Origin: Spirochaetia bacterium
GTDB lineage: Bacteria; Spirochaetota; Spirochaetia; CAKZLE01
Assembly: GCA_963677595.1 (NCBI GenBank)
Contig: OY782041.1
Coordinates: 2,848,001-2,912,000 of the forward strand
DNA length: 64,000 bases
Direction of reading: 5' to 3'
Position 1 is the first letter of the stretch, and the number at the start of each line of letters is the position of its first letter. This document shows positions 1 to 10,039 of this stretch, piece by piece. The notes beneath the pieces are model-generated. The model was not told where the DNA came from and did no database searches. It worked only from the letters and a program-made list of their open reading frames with translations. A program made the translations under genes and the position numbers.

Positions 1-229
1 GGGGGCAGTCCCCGGTGCAGAGGTTGGTCCCTTCCGCATCGACATGGACGAGGATGTTGTCAGAGCAGGACCTGCCGACGACCTCAGCGCTGCGGTAGCC
101 GGTGATCCGTTCTGCCCCCTTGTTCCAGTAGATGATCCGCCTGTCGGCGTCGGTGATATAGATCCCGTCCTGGATCAGGTTCAGTACGGTAGCGAATCTT
201 CCCTGATGAGTCTGTCTATGAGTTTCCAT
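1..229 (-). CDS. PAS-domain sensor protein, N-terminal part (runs off the window edge)
   Basis: My translation of the minus strand from ATG at 229 gives METHRQTHQGRFATVLNLIQDGIYITDADRRIIYWNKGAERITGYRSAEVVGRSCSDNILVHVDAEGTNLCTGDCP, a typical PAS signature. Not in the ORF track. Confidence 0.8.
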   Translation of the reverse strand, partial: METHRQTHQGRFATVLNLIQDGIYITDADRRIIYWNKGAERITGYRSAEVVGRSCSDNILVHVDAEGTNLCTGDCP

Positions 230-371
230 ACGGTAAGTATACCATAGAGATAGGCTATGATGCACGATATATCACATAGGAGTGAAGGTGTTTTATCAAT
301 CACGACGCCGTTGATTTTTCAGCAAATATGCCCGATAATCAATCAAGACAAACCATGCAAACGGAGGCCCT

Positions 372-794
372 ATGGGAGAGACGATCCGCTTCGGCGTATC
401 CATGGACAGTGACCTCGTGGAACTGCTGGACCGGCTTACCCGTGAGGGGAACCATGACAACCGGTCGGAGACCCTGCGCACCCTCGTGCGCAATGAGATC
501 ATCGCCAAGGGGATCGAGGATGATGACCGTGAGGTCATCGGCACGATGACGCTCCTCTACCACCACAAGACCCGCCTCCCGAGGGTCTCGATCGCCCCGT
601 ACCCGTCAGTGAGCATCAAGGCGAACTTCCTCTTCCACGTGGAGGGCGAGATCTGCGCGAAGATCCTCATCATCAAGGGGACAGGCCGTGAGGTCCAGGC
701 CTGGGCGAGGAAGCTGCTAAACAGCACGAACATCATCGGGAAGCTCAGTTTCACCGCCACGGATGAACTCTATCGGGAACTGGTCAAGTCCTGA
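372..794 (+). CDS. nikR: NikR-family ribbon-helix-helix regulator (divergent metal site)
   Basis: N-terminal RFGVSMD...NRSETLRTLVR RHH motif followed by a NikR_C-like ACT domain. Lies upstream of a metal ABC importer. Confidence 0.75.
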   Translation: MGETIRFGVSMDSDLVELLDRLTREGNHDNRSETLRTLVRNEIIAKGIEDDDREVIGTMTLLYHHKTRLPRVSIAPYPSVSIKANFLFHVEGEICAKILIIKGTGREVQAWARKLLNSTNIIGKLSFTATDELYRELVKS

Positions 795-870
795 AACTGT
801 ACAGGTAATTCCGACTGTTTCTCTCAGGCAGGGGATTGACCCGCTGTTTTGGATCAGTGTATCCTGACAG

Positions 871-900
871 AGTAACACGTAAAAATATAATCGTGTTACT
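871..900 (+). promoter_or_regulatory. Putative NikR operator
   Basis: Perfect inverted repeat AGTAACACG-N12-CGTGTTACT, i.e. GTAACA-N16-TGTTAC, the same geometry as the E. coli NikR site GTATGA-N16-TCATAC. Just downstream of TTGACC (836-841) and TATCCT (860-865). Confidence 0.75.
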
Positions 901-903
901 CAT

Positions 904-2076
904 ATGGATCACAGATTGGAGAGAGTAATGAGTTATCACCATGCACACAGACATTCTTTCAGGATCCCCCTGACGGGTATCCTCATCATCCTGGCACTCG
1001 TAGTCGGTACCGCGGGGCTCTTCGCGGCCCCGCAGCAGGAGGAGCTGGTACGGCAGGATTCAGTCACCGTGACTGACATGCGCGGACGGAGCGTGACGGT
1101 CCCCGGGACCGTTGACCGTATCATCGCCCTCGGGGCGGGATCGCTCAGACTGGTGAGCTACCTCGGTGCGGTCGACAAGGTCATCGCCGTCGAGGATGCC
1201 GGACACGGCAGGGAGATCACCGACTACAGCTTCTTCCCCCTGGCTACCTACCGGCTGGCAGAGCCGGGACTGCGGGACCTGCCCTCGATCGGCAGTGGTG
1301 AGAACCATGAGGGGATCATCGCAGCCGCTCCTGAGCTCATCATCTCCTCAGTCGTGGATGTCGCACAGCTCGATGCGCTGCAGGAGGTGCTCGGTATCCC
1401 GGTGTTCGCCGTTGATGTCGATGTGGAACTCTATGATACCGACCTCTTCTTCGGGCAGCTGGAGAGCTTGGGGAGCATCCTGGGTGCCGAAGAGCGGGCA
1501 GGGGAGCTGGTCTCGGGTATCAGTGCCGCCCTTGGTGATATAGCCTCCAGGGCTGCCGAGGTGGAGAGCCCGGTCCGTGCCTATGCAGGCGGGATGATGT
1601 TCTACGGGCCAGCTGACCTCCTCCGCACGACCGGGGACTATATCCCCTTCGACCTCACCGGGACTGCCAACGTGATGCCGACCAACCCCACGGGGAACCG
1701 GCAGCCCTACATGACTTCCCTCGAGGACCTCATCGCCGCTGCCCCGGAGTATGTCTTCATTGATGCGGCGAACCTCTTCCTGTCGAAGCAGGGGTTCTCT
1801 GACAATCGGGCCCTGCTCGAGGAGCAGGTCCCGGCCTTCAGGGACCGGGAGGTCTATGCTACCTTCGTCTACAAGTACTACGGGACCAACTGGGAGAACC
1901 AGCTGATCAACGTCTATGCAGCAGGGAAGGTCCTCTACCCCGATCTCTATGCTGATATCTCCATCCGCGACAAGGCAGAGGAGATCTGGGAACTCTTCTT
2001 CGGTACTCCCCTGGAGTATGAGACGGTCGTCGCCGGGCAGAAGGCCGGCTTCGGGCAGGTCGACTGGTTCAACTAG
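904..2076 (+). CDS. ABC transporter substrate-binding protein (BtuF/FecB-like); start may be ATG 928
   Basis: Signal peptide, VTVTDMRGRSVTVP..VDRIIAL motif of Peripla_BP_2 proteins, first gene of a FecCD operon. Confidence 0.85.
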   Translation: MDHRLERVMSYHHAHRHSFRIPLTGILIILALVVGTAGLFAAPQQEELVRQDSVTVTDMRGRSVTVPGTVDRIIALGAGSLRLVSYLGAVDKVIAVEDAGHGREITDYSFFPLATYRLAEPGLRDLPSIGSGENHEGIIAAAPELIISSVVDVAQLDALQEVLGIPVFAVDVDVELYDTDLFFGQLESLGSILGAEERAGELVSGISAALGDIASRAAEVESPVRAYAGGMMFYGPADLLRTTGDYIPFDLTGTANVMPTNPTGNRQPYMTSLEDLIAAAPEYVFIDAANLFLSKQGFSDNRALLEEQVPAFRDREVYATFVYKYYGTNWENQLINVYAAGKVLYPDLYADISIRDKAEEIWELFFGTPLEYETVVAGQKAGFGQVDWFN

Positions 2077-3153
2077 ATGCGCGACGGTAACGTCACGGAC
2101 GTGAAGCTGGCTCCCGTCAGTTCGCTCTACCGGGGGTATGTCAGGAAGAAGACCCTCTTCCTTGCCGGCACGGCTGTGCTGCTCGGTATCCTGGTCATCG
2201 CCGCGACCTGTGCGGGGTCGATCAGGATCCCCTTCTCAGAGGTAGTCTCCTTTATCGTCCGGCTTGACCGGGTGGGGACGGGCAGGATCATCTGGGATGT
2301 GAGGATGCCGCGCATCATCGCAGCCCTCCTGGTAGGGGCGGGTCTCTCCCTGTCGGGGACCGTCATGCAGTCAGTACTCCGCAATCCGCTCGCGTCTCCC
2401 TATACCCTCGGTCTCTCGAGTGCCGCTGCCTTCGGGGCCTCGGTCGCCATCATCTTCTTCGGGGCAGGGACGAGCACGACCTCGACGATCATCATCAGCG
2501 ATTCGGTCACGGTCGCCTTCTCGGCGTTCTTCTTCGCTGCGGTGTCGACCGCAGCGATCCTGCTGCTCACTGTGCTCACGAAGATCTCGGCGGAGAGCAT
2601 GGTGCTCGCCGGTATCGCGATCGGGTCGATCTTCTCGGCAGGCCTCACGCTCATGCAGTACTTAGCCGACTCGATCCAACTTGCGAGTATCGTCTCCTGG
2701 ACCTTCGGTGACCTCGGCAGGGCGAACTGGCGTGTCATTCCGATCATCGCGCTGGCCCTGCTCCCTATCTTCCTCATCTGTTTCTACTACCGCTGGGATC
2801 TCAATGCCATGGATACCGGTGAAGACTCGGCGAGGGGGCTCGGGGTACGGACCGGAGCAGTCCGGATCATCGGGATGGTGGCCTCATCGATCCTCGCGGC
2901 GGTCATCGTCTCGTTCTTCGGCACGATCGCCTTCATCGGACTGCTCGGGCCCCATATAGCGAGGAGGCTCCTCGGGAGCGACCACCGCTTCCTCCTTACA
3001 GCCTCCCCGCTGATCGGGGCATTCATCCTCCTGGCGGCAGACACGGCCGCACGGACGATCCTCTCCCCGATGGTCCTCCCCGTCGGCATCCTGACCTCTC
3101 TGCTCGGGGGACCATTGTTCATCTACCTCCTCGCAGCCGGGAGGAGACGATGA
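2077..3153 (+). CDS. FecCD/BtuC-family ABC permease
   Basis: RMPRIIAALLVGAGLSLSG, RNPLASPYTLG and GTIAFIGLLGPHIARR motifs. Confidence 0.92.
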   Translation: MRDGNVTDVKLAPVSSLYRGYVRKKTLFLAGTAVLLGILVIAATCAGSIRIPFSEVVSFIVRLDRVGTGRIIWDVRMPRIIAALLVGAGLSLSGTVMQSVLRNPLASPYTLGLSSAAAFGASVAIIFFGAGTSTTSTIIISDSVTVAFSAFFFAAVSTAAILLLTVLTKISAESMVLAGIAIGSIFSAGLTLMQYLADSIQLASIVSWTFGDLGRANWRVIPIIALALLPIFLICFYYRWDLNAMDTGEDSARGLGVRTGAVRIIGMVASSILAAVIVSFFGTIAFIGLLGPHIARRLLGSDHRFLLTASPLIGAFILLAADTAARTILSPMVLPVGILTSLLGGPLFIYLLAAGRRR

Positions 3154-3902
3154 TCCTTGAAGTCAAGGGGCTCGAGTTCGCCTACCGGAGCACGCCAGTG
3201 ATCGGTGATATAACCTTCAGCGTGGGGGAAGGGGAGATCCTTGCCATCCTCGGGCGTAACGGGGCCGGGAAGTCCACCCTCCTGAAGTGCCTCAACCATG
3301 TCCTTTCCCCGAAGGGAGGGACTGTTTCTGTGGACGGGTCCGATACTCGTTCCATGCGGCCGGCAGAGATCGCCCGGAAGATCGGCTGGGTCCCGCAGCA
3401 GGGTGAGGTGACGAGGATGAAGGTCTTTGACCTGATCCTGCTCGGCAGGAAACCCTATTTCCGCTGGGAGCCCTCACCGGAGGATTTCAGGAAGGTCGAG
3501 GAGGCTATTGGCCTGCTGGGGATCGAGGAGATAGCCCTGCGGTACGCAGATGAGCTCAGCGGCGGGGAGTTCCAGCTGGTCCAGATAGCCCGGGCCCTGG
3601 CCCAGGACCCGAGTGTGGTCCTCTTCGATGAACCGACGAGCAGCCTCGATATAAGGAACCAGCACCGGCTCATGGGGAGGCTGAAGGAGATCATCCACGG
3701 CACTCCCCGGGCAGCCGTCATGACGATGCATGACATCAATCTTGCCCTGCGGTATGCCGACAAGCTTCTCCTGCTCTCCGGCGGTACGGTATGTGCGGCC
3801 GGTACGGGGGATGCTATCACCGCTGACCACATCCGGGAGGTCTATGACATGGATGTCTCCCTCCTGGAGGCCGGGGGGTATCCTCTGGTGGTCCCCGTAT
3901 GA
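3150..3902 (+). CDS. ABC transporter ATP-binding protein (FecE/BtuD-like)
   Basis: Walker A GRNGAGKST, LSGGE signature, Walker B VLFDEPT. Confidence 0.93.
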   Translation: MILEVKGLEFAYRSTPVIGDITFSVGEGEILAILGRNGAGKSTLLKCLNHVLSPKGGTVSVDGSDTRSMRPAEIARKIGWVPQQGEVTRMKVFDLILLGRKPYFRWEPSPEDFRKVEEAIGLLGIEEIALRYADELSGGEFQLVQIARALAQDPSVVLFDEPTSSLDIRNQHRLMGRLKEIIHGTPRAAVMTMHDINLALRYADKLLLLSGGTVCAAGTGDAITADHIREVYDMDVSLLEAGGYPLVVPV

Positions 3903-4456
3903 TGCAGGGCCCTCTCAGGGATGCCGTGCTCAAGATCGTCGGCAGCATACTGGAGCGCTACCCCCTCTCAAGGCTCCCCGATATCTACAAGAGCTTCTTC
4001 CAGGACGAATTCGGCCCCGGGCACCTTCTCTCAGATCCCGGGAGGGCACGAGCGTATCTGGCAGAGGAACTGGGCAGCATGGTAAGCCGCGGCAGGAGGG
4101 CCGCAGAACCCTGCGGACTGGGGCTGCGCTTCTGCCGGCTGCCGCTTGACCTGGTGGCAGACGGGATCATACCCGAGGAGGCCTACTTCTCTGCCTTCGC
4201 AGCCTCCGCTGCCGCGTTCGGAATGCCTGATCCGGAGACCTGGAGAGAACGTTGGATGCTCATCGAGTCGGTCATCGCTGAGGAGTACCGTGGTCTGGAG
4301 GGGTTCGCTTGGGATTCGATGCGTATCAGGGAATCCCTCGGGAACGGGGTCAGCGCGATGGGCCACAGTGAAGTATACCGGAGGGCGTATGAGCCGCACT
4401 ACCGGGTATTCACCATCGAAGGGCAGCAGCTCTTCTCTAGCCAATGGGGTGTATGA
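3899..4456 (+). CDS. Hypothetical protein, translationally coupled to the ABC operon
   Basis: 185-aa ORF overlapping the upstream stop (ATGA). DIYKSFFQDEFGPGHL and HSEVYRRAYEPHYRV look like conserved motifs. Confidence 0.65.
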   Translation: MMQGPLRDAVLKIVGSILERYPLSRLPDIYKSFFQDEFGPGHLLSDPGRARAYLAEELGSMVSRGRRAAEPCGLGLRFCRLPLDLVADGIIPEEAYFSAFAASAAAFGMPDPETWRERWMLIESVIAEEYRGLEGFAWDSMRIRESLGNGVSAMGHSEVYRRAYEPHYRVFTIEGQQLFSSQWGV

Positions 4457-4498
4457 GATGGTACACTGCCTGCAATCTTTACTTGAACGGGGAATACT

Positions 4499-5086
4499 AT
4501 GCTGATACTGATAAGCGGCGGGAGCTGCGCAGGAAAGACCACCTTCTCAGCCGCGCTGCATGAAGCACTGAACCAGCACGGAGTACACTCCCTGGCTCTC
4601 TCCACCGACCTCTTCTACACCGACATCCCGGCAGGAGAGCCCCTTCGTGAACATGATTTCGATGCTGAACAGAGCGTGGATGCAGGACTCATGCACCGGA
4701 TCTGCTCCTCATATGAGAGTGGGATTTCTTCCTTCCCGGTCTTCGAGTTCCGGACCCATGCACGCAGCGGCATGCTGGAGGTCCCGCCGGTCCCGGTCCT
4801 GCTCCTCGAGGGGATCTTCGCCCTCTCGTTCCCTTCTATCACCGCCCTGCCGTCGCTGAAGATCTGTATCCGCACGGAGGCAGCCGAACGCTACCGGAGG
4901 CGGCATGAGTTCTACTCGCATACGCTCGGCCACACGGATGAGTTCATCGACTTCAAGTTCTACGAACAGGCAGAACCCTACTACCAGGCAAGCATCGCTC
5001 CCTGGGAGCACCGGGCTGACATCGTGCTCTCCGGGGAAGATGACTTCGGCCCCGGTATCGAGGATATCCTGCGGCGGTACTTCTGA
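4499..5086 (+). CDS. Uridine kinase-like P-loop kinase
   Basis: ISGGSCAGKTT Walker A, HDFD and LLLEGIFAL motifs. Confidence 0.75.
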   Translation: MLILISGGSCAGKTTFSAALHEALNQHGVHSLALSTDLFYTDIPAGEPLREHDFDAEQSVDAGLMHRICSSYESGISSFPVFEFRTHARSGMLEVPPVPVLLLEGIFALSFPSITALPSLKICIRTEAAERYRRRHEFYSHTLGHTDEFIDFKFYEQAEPYYQASIAPWEHRADIVLSGEDDFGPGIEDILRRYF

Positions 5087-5303
5087 CCGGGGCAGCACCG
5101 AAAGGTCTCGTAAGTTTTTAGAAAGCTTTGTCTGGAAATTTTATCGTATTCAGGTAATAATGCTCTATGAGGGACAGGTCTCATCCTGTGATGGGGCCGC
5201 CTGCCCTCAGATAGGTGTCGTGATATGGATCACGCGTGATCCCCATCACGGAATCAGCAGGTACAGCGTAGTACTCTTCTTCTAAGAAGGATCAGGGCAG
5301 CGT

Positions 5304-5621
5304 ATGAAGCAGGTGATTGGTAAGATCGTAGAGACAGAGAAAGAGGCAGACCGGATTCTCTCCGAGGCACGCGAGCAGGTTGCTGCGAAGCTGGCTGCTG
5401 CTGATGAGGAGGTAAGCCGGGATGTGCGCGCTGCCAGGGAGGAGGGCCGCAAACGGATCGCCGAGGAGATGCACCGCATCGACGAGGAGGAATCCGCCCG
5501 GGTGGAGAAGAGCCTCTCCTCGATCCCCGGTGCCGATACCGAAGATACGGAGCTCATCGAGACGCTCGCCCGTTCGGTCGTGGAACGCATCACCACGACC
5601 ATATTCGATACAGGCCTATGA
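5304..5621 (+). CDS. V/A-type ATP synthase subunit H/G
   Basis: Short coiled-coil protein (ETEKEADRILSEAREQ), first gene of the ATPase operon. Confidence 0.75.
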   Translation: MKQVIGKIVETEKEADRILSEAREQVAAKLAAADEEVSRDVRAAREEGRKRIAEEMHRIDEEESARVEKSLSSIPGADTEDTELIETLARSVVERITTTIFDTGL

Positions 5622-6745
5622 ACTCATCCCCCGTCAGCCGCTATGGCTTCATCAACGCGAAACTGCGGGCAAAGATCAGCTCGATCCTGCCCGACGAATT
5701 CCGGGACGGTCTCCTGCGGGCTCCGACCCTTGAGGACGTGTTCGCATTTCTGAACGAGAACGGGTTCTCCCGTCTTACGGAGGTCTATACGCGGACCGGG
5801 GACCTGCAATCAGTGGAGGCCGAGCTCTTCATCGGGCAGATCGAGCAGTACCGCGAAGTGGTCCGCAATACCGAAGGGTCCGTCCGGGACTTTAGCTCAG
5901 CCCTGACGGTGAAACTTGAGATCGAGAACCTCAAGAACCTGCTGCGGCTCTGGTACGGCAGCCGTATCAAGAAGCGGCCGATGGACCATCGCGTGGGCTA
6001 TATCTACAAGGAGAGGATCCTCCATGCCATCCCCTGGGATGCCCTGATCAATGCCGCCTCCCTTTCTGATATCGCGGAGGCTCTGGGAGACAGTCCCTAT
6101 CAGGCGGTCGTACAGCCGTATGTCGGGACTCCTGTGGAACAGGAAGGGATCTTCTTCCTTGAGACCTCCCTCGACCGGTTCTACTACCGCTTCCTCCTCG
6201 ATGAGGCCGCGAAGCTCCCGACGGCTGACCGCCGCACCGTGAAGAAGATCCTGACTGCCGAGATCGACCTGCAGAACCTGAGCTGGATCATCCGGTTCAG
6301 CCGGTTCTATGCCCTGACCCCGGAGGAGCTCACAGCCATCCTCCTGCCGGGAGGGTATCCCTTCAGCCGGGAAGAGATAGCCTCCATCCTCGCACGGGAG
6401 GGAGAACGGCCCGGGCAGGGTCCGGGGCCGGGGATCCCCCGTGAGGAGGGGAGCCATATCACACGGGCTGCCGGGCTCCTCTCCCGCCGCTACCCTGCAC
6501 TGCAGGCAGTGGCCGGTGGGGAGCGGGGAGGAAGTGCATCTGCCCGGGCGGCGATGTTCGAGCAGCTCCTCGACCAGGTACGGAGGAAGGAGTTCGTGAA
6601 GATCATCACCGGCTATCCTTTTACCATAGGGATCGTCCTGGTGTACTTCTTCCTCAGGAGCCGGGAGAGCCGGTTCCTGACTACTGTCTTCAATGGTAAA
6701 TTCTACGGTTGGGAGGGCAGCCGGATGAGGGAGTTCGCAGAATGA
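5618..6745 (+). CDS. atpC: V/A-type ATP synthase subunit C
   Basis: YGFINAKLRA, EIENLKNLLR and LDRFYY motifs; operon position. Confidence 0.85.
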   Translation: MNSSPVSRYGFINAKLRAKISSILPDEFRDGLLRAPTLEDVFAFLNENGFSRLTEVYTRTGDLQSVEAELFIGQIEQYREVVRNTEGSVRDFSSALTVKLEIENLKNLLRLWYGSRIKKRPMDHRVGYIYKERILHAIPWDALINAASLSDIAEALGDSPYQAVVQPYVGTPVEQEGIFFLETSLDRFYYRFLLDEAAKLPTADRRTVKKILTAEIDLQNLSWIIRFSRFYALTPEELTAILLPGGYPFSREEIASILAREGERPGQGPGPGIPREEGSHITRAAGLLSRRYPALQAVAGGERGGSASARAAMFEQLLDQVRRKEFVKIITGYPFTIGIVLVYFFLRSRESRFLTTVFNGKFYGWEGSRMREFAE

Positions 6746-8718
6746 GAATGTTCACTTCGAAGATGAGAATGCTGACTGCCGTGGTCCTCGAGGAAGATGC
6801 GGACCGGGTCACCCGTGAACTGCTGAAGCAGGGGGTGCTCGATTTCGTACAGATCAGCAGCCTCTCCGATGTCGATACCGAGTATATAAGGCCGCATCAG
6901 GCTGACGGACTGAGGAACCGGCTCTCCGAGCTGCGCCGTCGTATCGAGGGCTACTACCAGCAGGGCGGCCTGCCCCTGCCGGTGACGGATCGACTCGATG
7001 TCTCACAGCTCAAACACGCTACGATGGAGTCGTATGAGCGGGAGCTCTCCCGTATGGATGAGAAGATCCATGAGATCAGGGAGCGACAGCGGAGGACGAA
7101 CCAGGAGATCCTGAAACTGCAGGAGCTCGAACGCTACCTCGGCGGCTCGTCCCAGAAGGGCGGCGGTGAGTTCCTGGCTGTCTATACCGGTGAGGTCGGC
7201 CGGGGGACCCTGGCCGATCTCGAGAGGCGTATGGAGGGGATGCCCTGCTTCCTGACCGAGACCGGAGACGGGACTGCAGTACTGGTGACCCTGAAGCGGG
7301 ACCAGGGGACCGTTGCGGAACTCCTGGAGAAGTTCCAGTGGGTCGAGCACCAGGGGAAGGTCAACGGGAGCGGTGCTGCTGATCTCCTGAAGGAACTCGG
7401 GCAGAAGATCGCAAGCCTGAAGGACCTCCAGCACTCCGGCAGCGATGACATGAGACGGGAGGTCTCAGGGCAGAAGGATGCCCTCGATGCCCTCTGGGCC
7501 AACCTGCGGATGCATGAGCTCTATACCGTGATACAGGAGTACTTCTCCCATACCCAGCGGACCACGCTCTTCTCTGGATGGATCCCGGCCTCTGCGGCTG
7601 GTTCCCTGGAGACGGGCATTCGCACTGCTGCCAACTCACGCTGCGTGGTGGAGTTCTCGGAAGCGGAGGAGTTCCCCCGGGAGAAGGTCCCGGTCCAGGT
7701 GGAGACGCCGAAGGTCATGGAACCCTTCAGGATGCTCGTCGATAACTATGCCACCCCTGAATACGGCTCGGTGAACCCGACCCCCTTCGTGGCTGCAGCC
7801 TACCTGATCATGTTCGGCCTGATGTTCGGTGATGCAGGGCAGGGGCTGGTGATCGCCCTTATCGGCCTGCTCGGCAGGCGGTTCTGGAAAGGCGCGAGCG
7901 CGGGTGTGCGTAAGCTCCTGCAGCTCTTCATCTACTGCGGGGCGGCCTCGGTCGTGACCGGGGTGCTCTTCGGCTCCTACTTCGGCTTCCAGCTATTCCC
8001 CCCGCTCTGGTTCGACTATCATGGGATCATCCTCGGGCATGAGGGCGGGGGCATGATCACCGATGTCTATGACATCCTGAGGATCACCATCATCTTCGGC
8101 ATCAGCGTCATCGCCCTAGGGCTTGTCCTGAACTGGGTCAACCTGATCCGCAAGAGGCAGTGGTTCCTGCTCCTGCTCGACAAGGCAGGGCTGCTTGGCG
8201 GCTGGTTCTATGGCTGCGGCGTCTATACCGCCTTCTATTTCGTGGGGCATGCCTACAAGAGCCTGCCCCCGGGACTGTTCATCCCCCTTGCCTTCGGCAT
8301 CCCCGTGGTACTGCTGCTCTTCAAGGGGCCGCTGCACCACTACCTGCAGCACGGGAAGCAGGGAGGTTTCTCCCTCTTCACCCTGATCGACTTCTTCATG
8401 GAGTGGGTCGTGGAGCTGCTGGAGATCTTCTCCGGCTACCTTGCAAACACCCTCTCATTCATGCGGGTCGCGGGACTCGGGATCGCCCATGTGAGCCTCA
8501 TGGCAGCGTTCGCATCCATCGCCGCCATGACAGGGAATGACGGCAGGACGATCGGCGGGATCATCATCCTCATACTGGGGAATGTCCTGGTCATCGCACT
8601 TGAGGGTCTCTCTGCCGGGATACAGGCGCTGAGGCTCAATTACTATGAGTTCTTTTCCAAGTACTTCACCGGTGTCGGGGTGGCTTACAACCCCGTATCG
8701 CTGAGGCCGAAGGAATAG
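6742..8718 (+). CDS. atpI: V/A-type ATP synthase subunit I
   Basis: FGLMFGDAGQG, NTLSFMRV and IQALRLNYYEFFSKYF motifs. Confidence 0.93.
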   Translation: MRMFTSKMRMLTAVVLEEDADRVTRELLKQGVLDFVQISSLSDVDTEYIRPHQADGLRNRLSELRRRIEGYYQQGGLPLPVTDRLDVSQLKHATMESYERELSRMDEKIHEIRERQRRTNQEILKLQELERYLGGSSQKGGGEFLAVYTGEVGRGTLADLERRMEGMPCFLTETGDGTAVLVTLKRDQGTVAELLEKFQWVEHQGKVNGSGAADLLKELGQKIASLKDLQHSGSDDMRREVSGQKDALDALWANLRMHELYTVIQEYFSHTQRTTLFSGWIPASAAGSLETGIRTAANSRCVVEFSEAEEFPREKVPVQVETPKVMEPFRMLVDNYATPEYGSVNPTPFVAAAYLIMFGLMFGDAGQGLVIALIGLLGRRFWKGASAGVRKLLQLFIYCGAASVVTGVLFGSYFGFQLFPPLWFDYHGIILGHEGGGMITDVYDILRITIIFGISVIALGLVLNWVNLIRKRQWFLLLLDKAGLLGGWFYGCGVYTAFYFVGHAYKSLPPGLFIPLAFGIPVVLLLFKGPLHHYLQHGKQGGFSLFTLIDFFMEWVVELLEIFSGYLANTLSFMRVAGLGIAHVSLMAAFASIAAMTGNDGRTIGGIIILILGNVLVIALEGLSAGIQALRLNYYEFFSKYFTGVGVAYNPVSLRPKE

Positions 8719-8754
8719 AGATAGATAATCGTACACCATCAGGAGGATGAGTAT

Positions 8755-9111
8755 ATGACAGCAAGAATGTTTAGTCGAAGAGTCGTTATGAGCCTGGTCG
8801 TGACCCTGCTGCTGCTGGTGGTCATCGGCGGGGCATCTCCCTTGTTCGCTGCCTCGGCTGATACCACAACCACGGCAGTGACCACCGCTGCCAATGACAG
8901 CCTGAAATGGGGTCTCATCGCCGCGGCAGTAGCCTTCGGCCTGGGTGCCATCGGGGCGGGGATCGCCATCGCCAATGTCGGTGCGGCAGCCATGGGAGCC
9001 ATCGGAGAGAAGCCGGAGATCGCCTCCCAGGCACTGATCTTCATCGCGCTTGCGGAAGGTCTCGTGGTCTTCGGTTTCATCACGGCACTGATGATCCTCG
9101 GCAAGGTGTGA
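8755..9111 (+). CDS. atpK: V/A-type ATP synthase proteolipid subunit K/c (single hairpin plus signal-like N-terminus)
   Basis: GLGAIGAGIAIANVG...ALAEG with the conserved Glu. Confidence 0.9.
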   Translation: MTARMFSRRVVMSLVVTLLLLVVIGGASPLFAASADTTTTAVTTAANDSLKWGLIAAAVAFGLGAIGAGIAIANVGAAAMGAIGEKPEIASQALIFIALAEGLVVFGFITALMILGKV

Positions 9112-9114
9112 GGC

Positions 9115-9423
9115 ATGACCTACTTCGTCATCGGTGATGAGGATACTGTGCTCGGCTTCGAGCTGGTCGGTATACCCGGTGCACGGGCTGCCGATCCTGA
9201 AGAGGCGCAGGCAGCATTCGGGAAGGCACTGGCTGCCGGTACGACCGGCATCATCGTCATCACCGAGACGGCGGCGGACATGATCCGCCCCCTCGTGGAC
9301 CGGTATCTCTTTACCGCCACATTCCCCCTGATCGTCGAGATCCCTGGTCCCGATGCCTCAGGGAAGAAGAAACGGGACCTGCGCGCCCTGGTGAACCAGG
9401 CGATCGGGATCAAATTGGGATGA
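9115..9423 (+). CDS. atpF: V/A-type ATP synthase subunit F
   Basis: VIGDEDTVLGFELVG and PLIVEIP motifs. Confidence 0.92.
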   Translation: MTYFVIGDEDTVLGFELVGIPGARAADPEEAQAAFGKALAAGTTGIIVITETAADMIRPLVDRYLFTATFPLIVEIPGPDASGKKKRDLRALVNQAIGIKLG

Positions 9424-9430
9424 GTGTTTG

Positions 9431-10039
9431 ATGGAAGATAACAGACTGCTGACTGGAATAATCGAGGATGCACGGAACGAAGCAGAGAAGCTCCTGGCAC
9501 AGGCTGAGGAGCAGGTGAAGCAGCGTCTTCAGGCAGGGAAGGGCCGTATCGCCTCCCTCCAGGATGAGGACGAGCGCAAGATCGCGGCACACCGGGAGGC
9601 CGTCAGGCGGAGGAGTGATTCACTGATCTCCTCCCAGCGGCGCCGAATGGCACTGGAGCGGCGGGAAGTGCTCACCCGCAGGGTGCTCTCCCGGGCGGCA
9701 GAGCTGCTCCGGGAGGAGATGGACGGGCCTGGGTACCCGGAGTTCCTCTCCAGATGCATCGCAGAGGGGATCATCGGCGTGGACCGGGACGAGGTGGCAG
9801 TCAGCTGCTCTCACCGGGAGGAACTCACCCCGGGGATCCTCTCCGCGGCAGTCGAGCTGGTGCGTGAGGAGACCGGCAGGGAGGTCAGCGTGAAGGCATC
9901 AGGCATTGTGCTGGCAGACCAGGGTGTGGTCGTCTCATCAGCGGACGGGAGGGTCTCGTTCAACAACCAGGCAGCTGCCAGGTTCAGGCGGTACGACCAG
10001 GAGATCAAGGAGATCATCGCAAAGGCGGGACTAGTATGA
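9431..10039 (+). CDS. atpE: V/A-type ATP synthase subunit E
   Basis: N-terminal coiled coil and C-terminal GVVVSSADGRVSFNN. Confidence 0.85.
   Translation: MEDNRLLTGIIEDARNEAEKLLAQAEEQVKQRLQAGKGRIASLQDEDERKIAAHREAVRRRSDSLISSQRRRMALERREVLTRRVLSRAAELLREEMDGPGYPEFLSRCIAEGIIGVDRDEVAVSCSHREELTPGILSAAVELVREETGREVSVKASGIVLADQGVVVSSADGRVSFNNQAAARFRRYDQEIKEIIAKAGLV

Noticed and set aside
5186-5251. Fluoride riboswitch (GTGATGGGG..TGATCCCC resemblance)
   Set aside because: The P1 stem and central conserved residues do not fit. Kept only as an unassigned structured leader.
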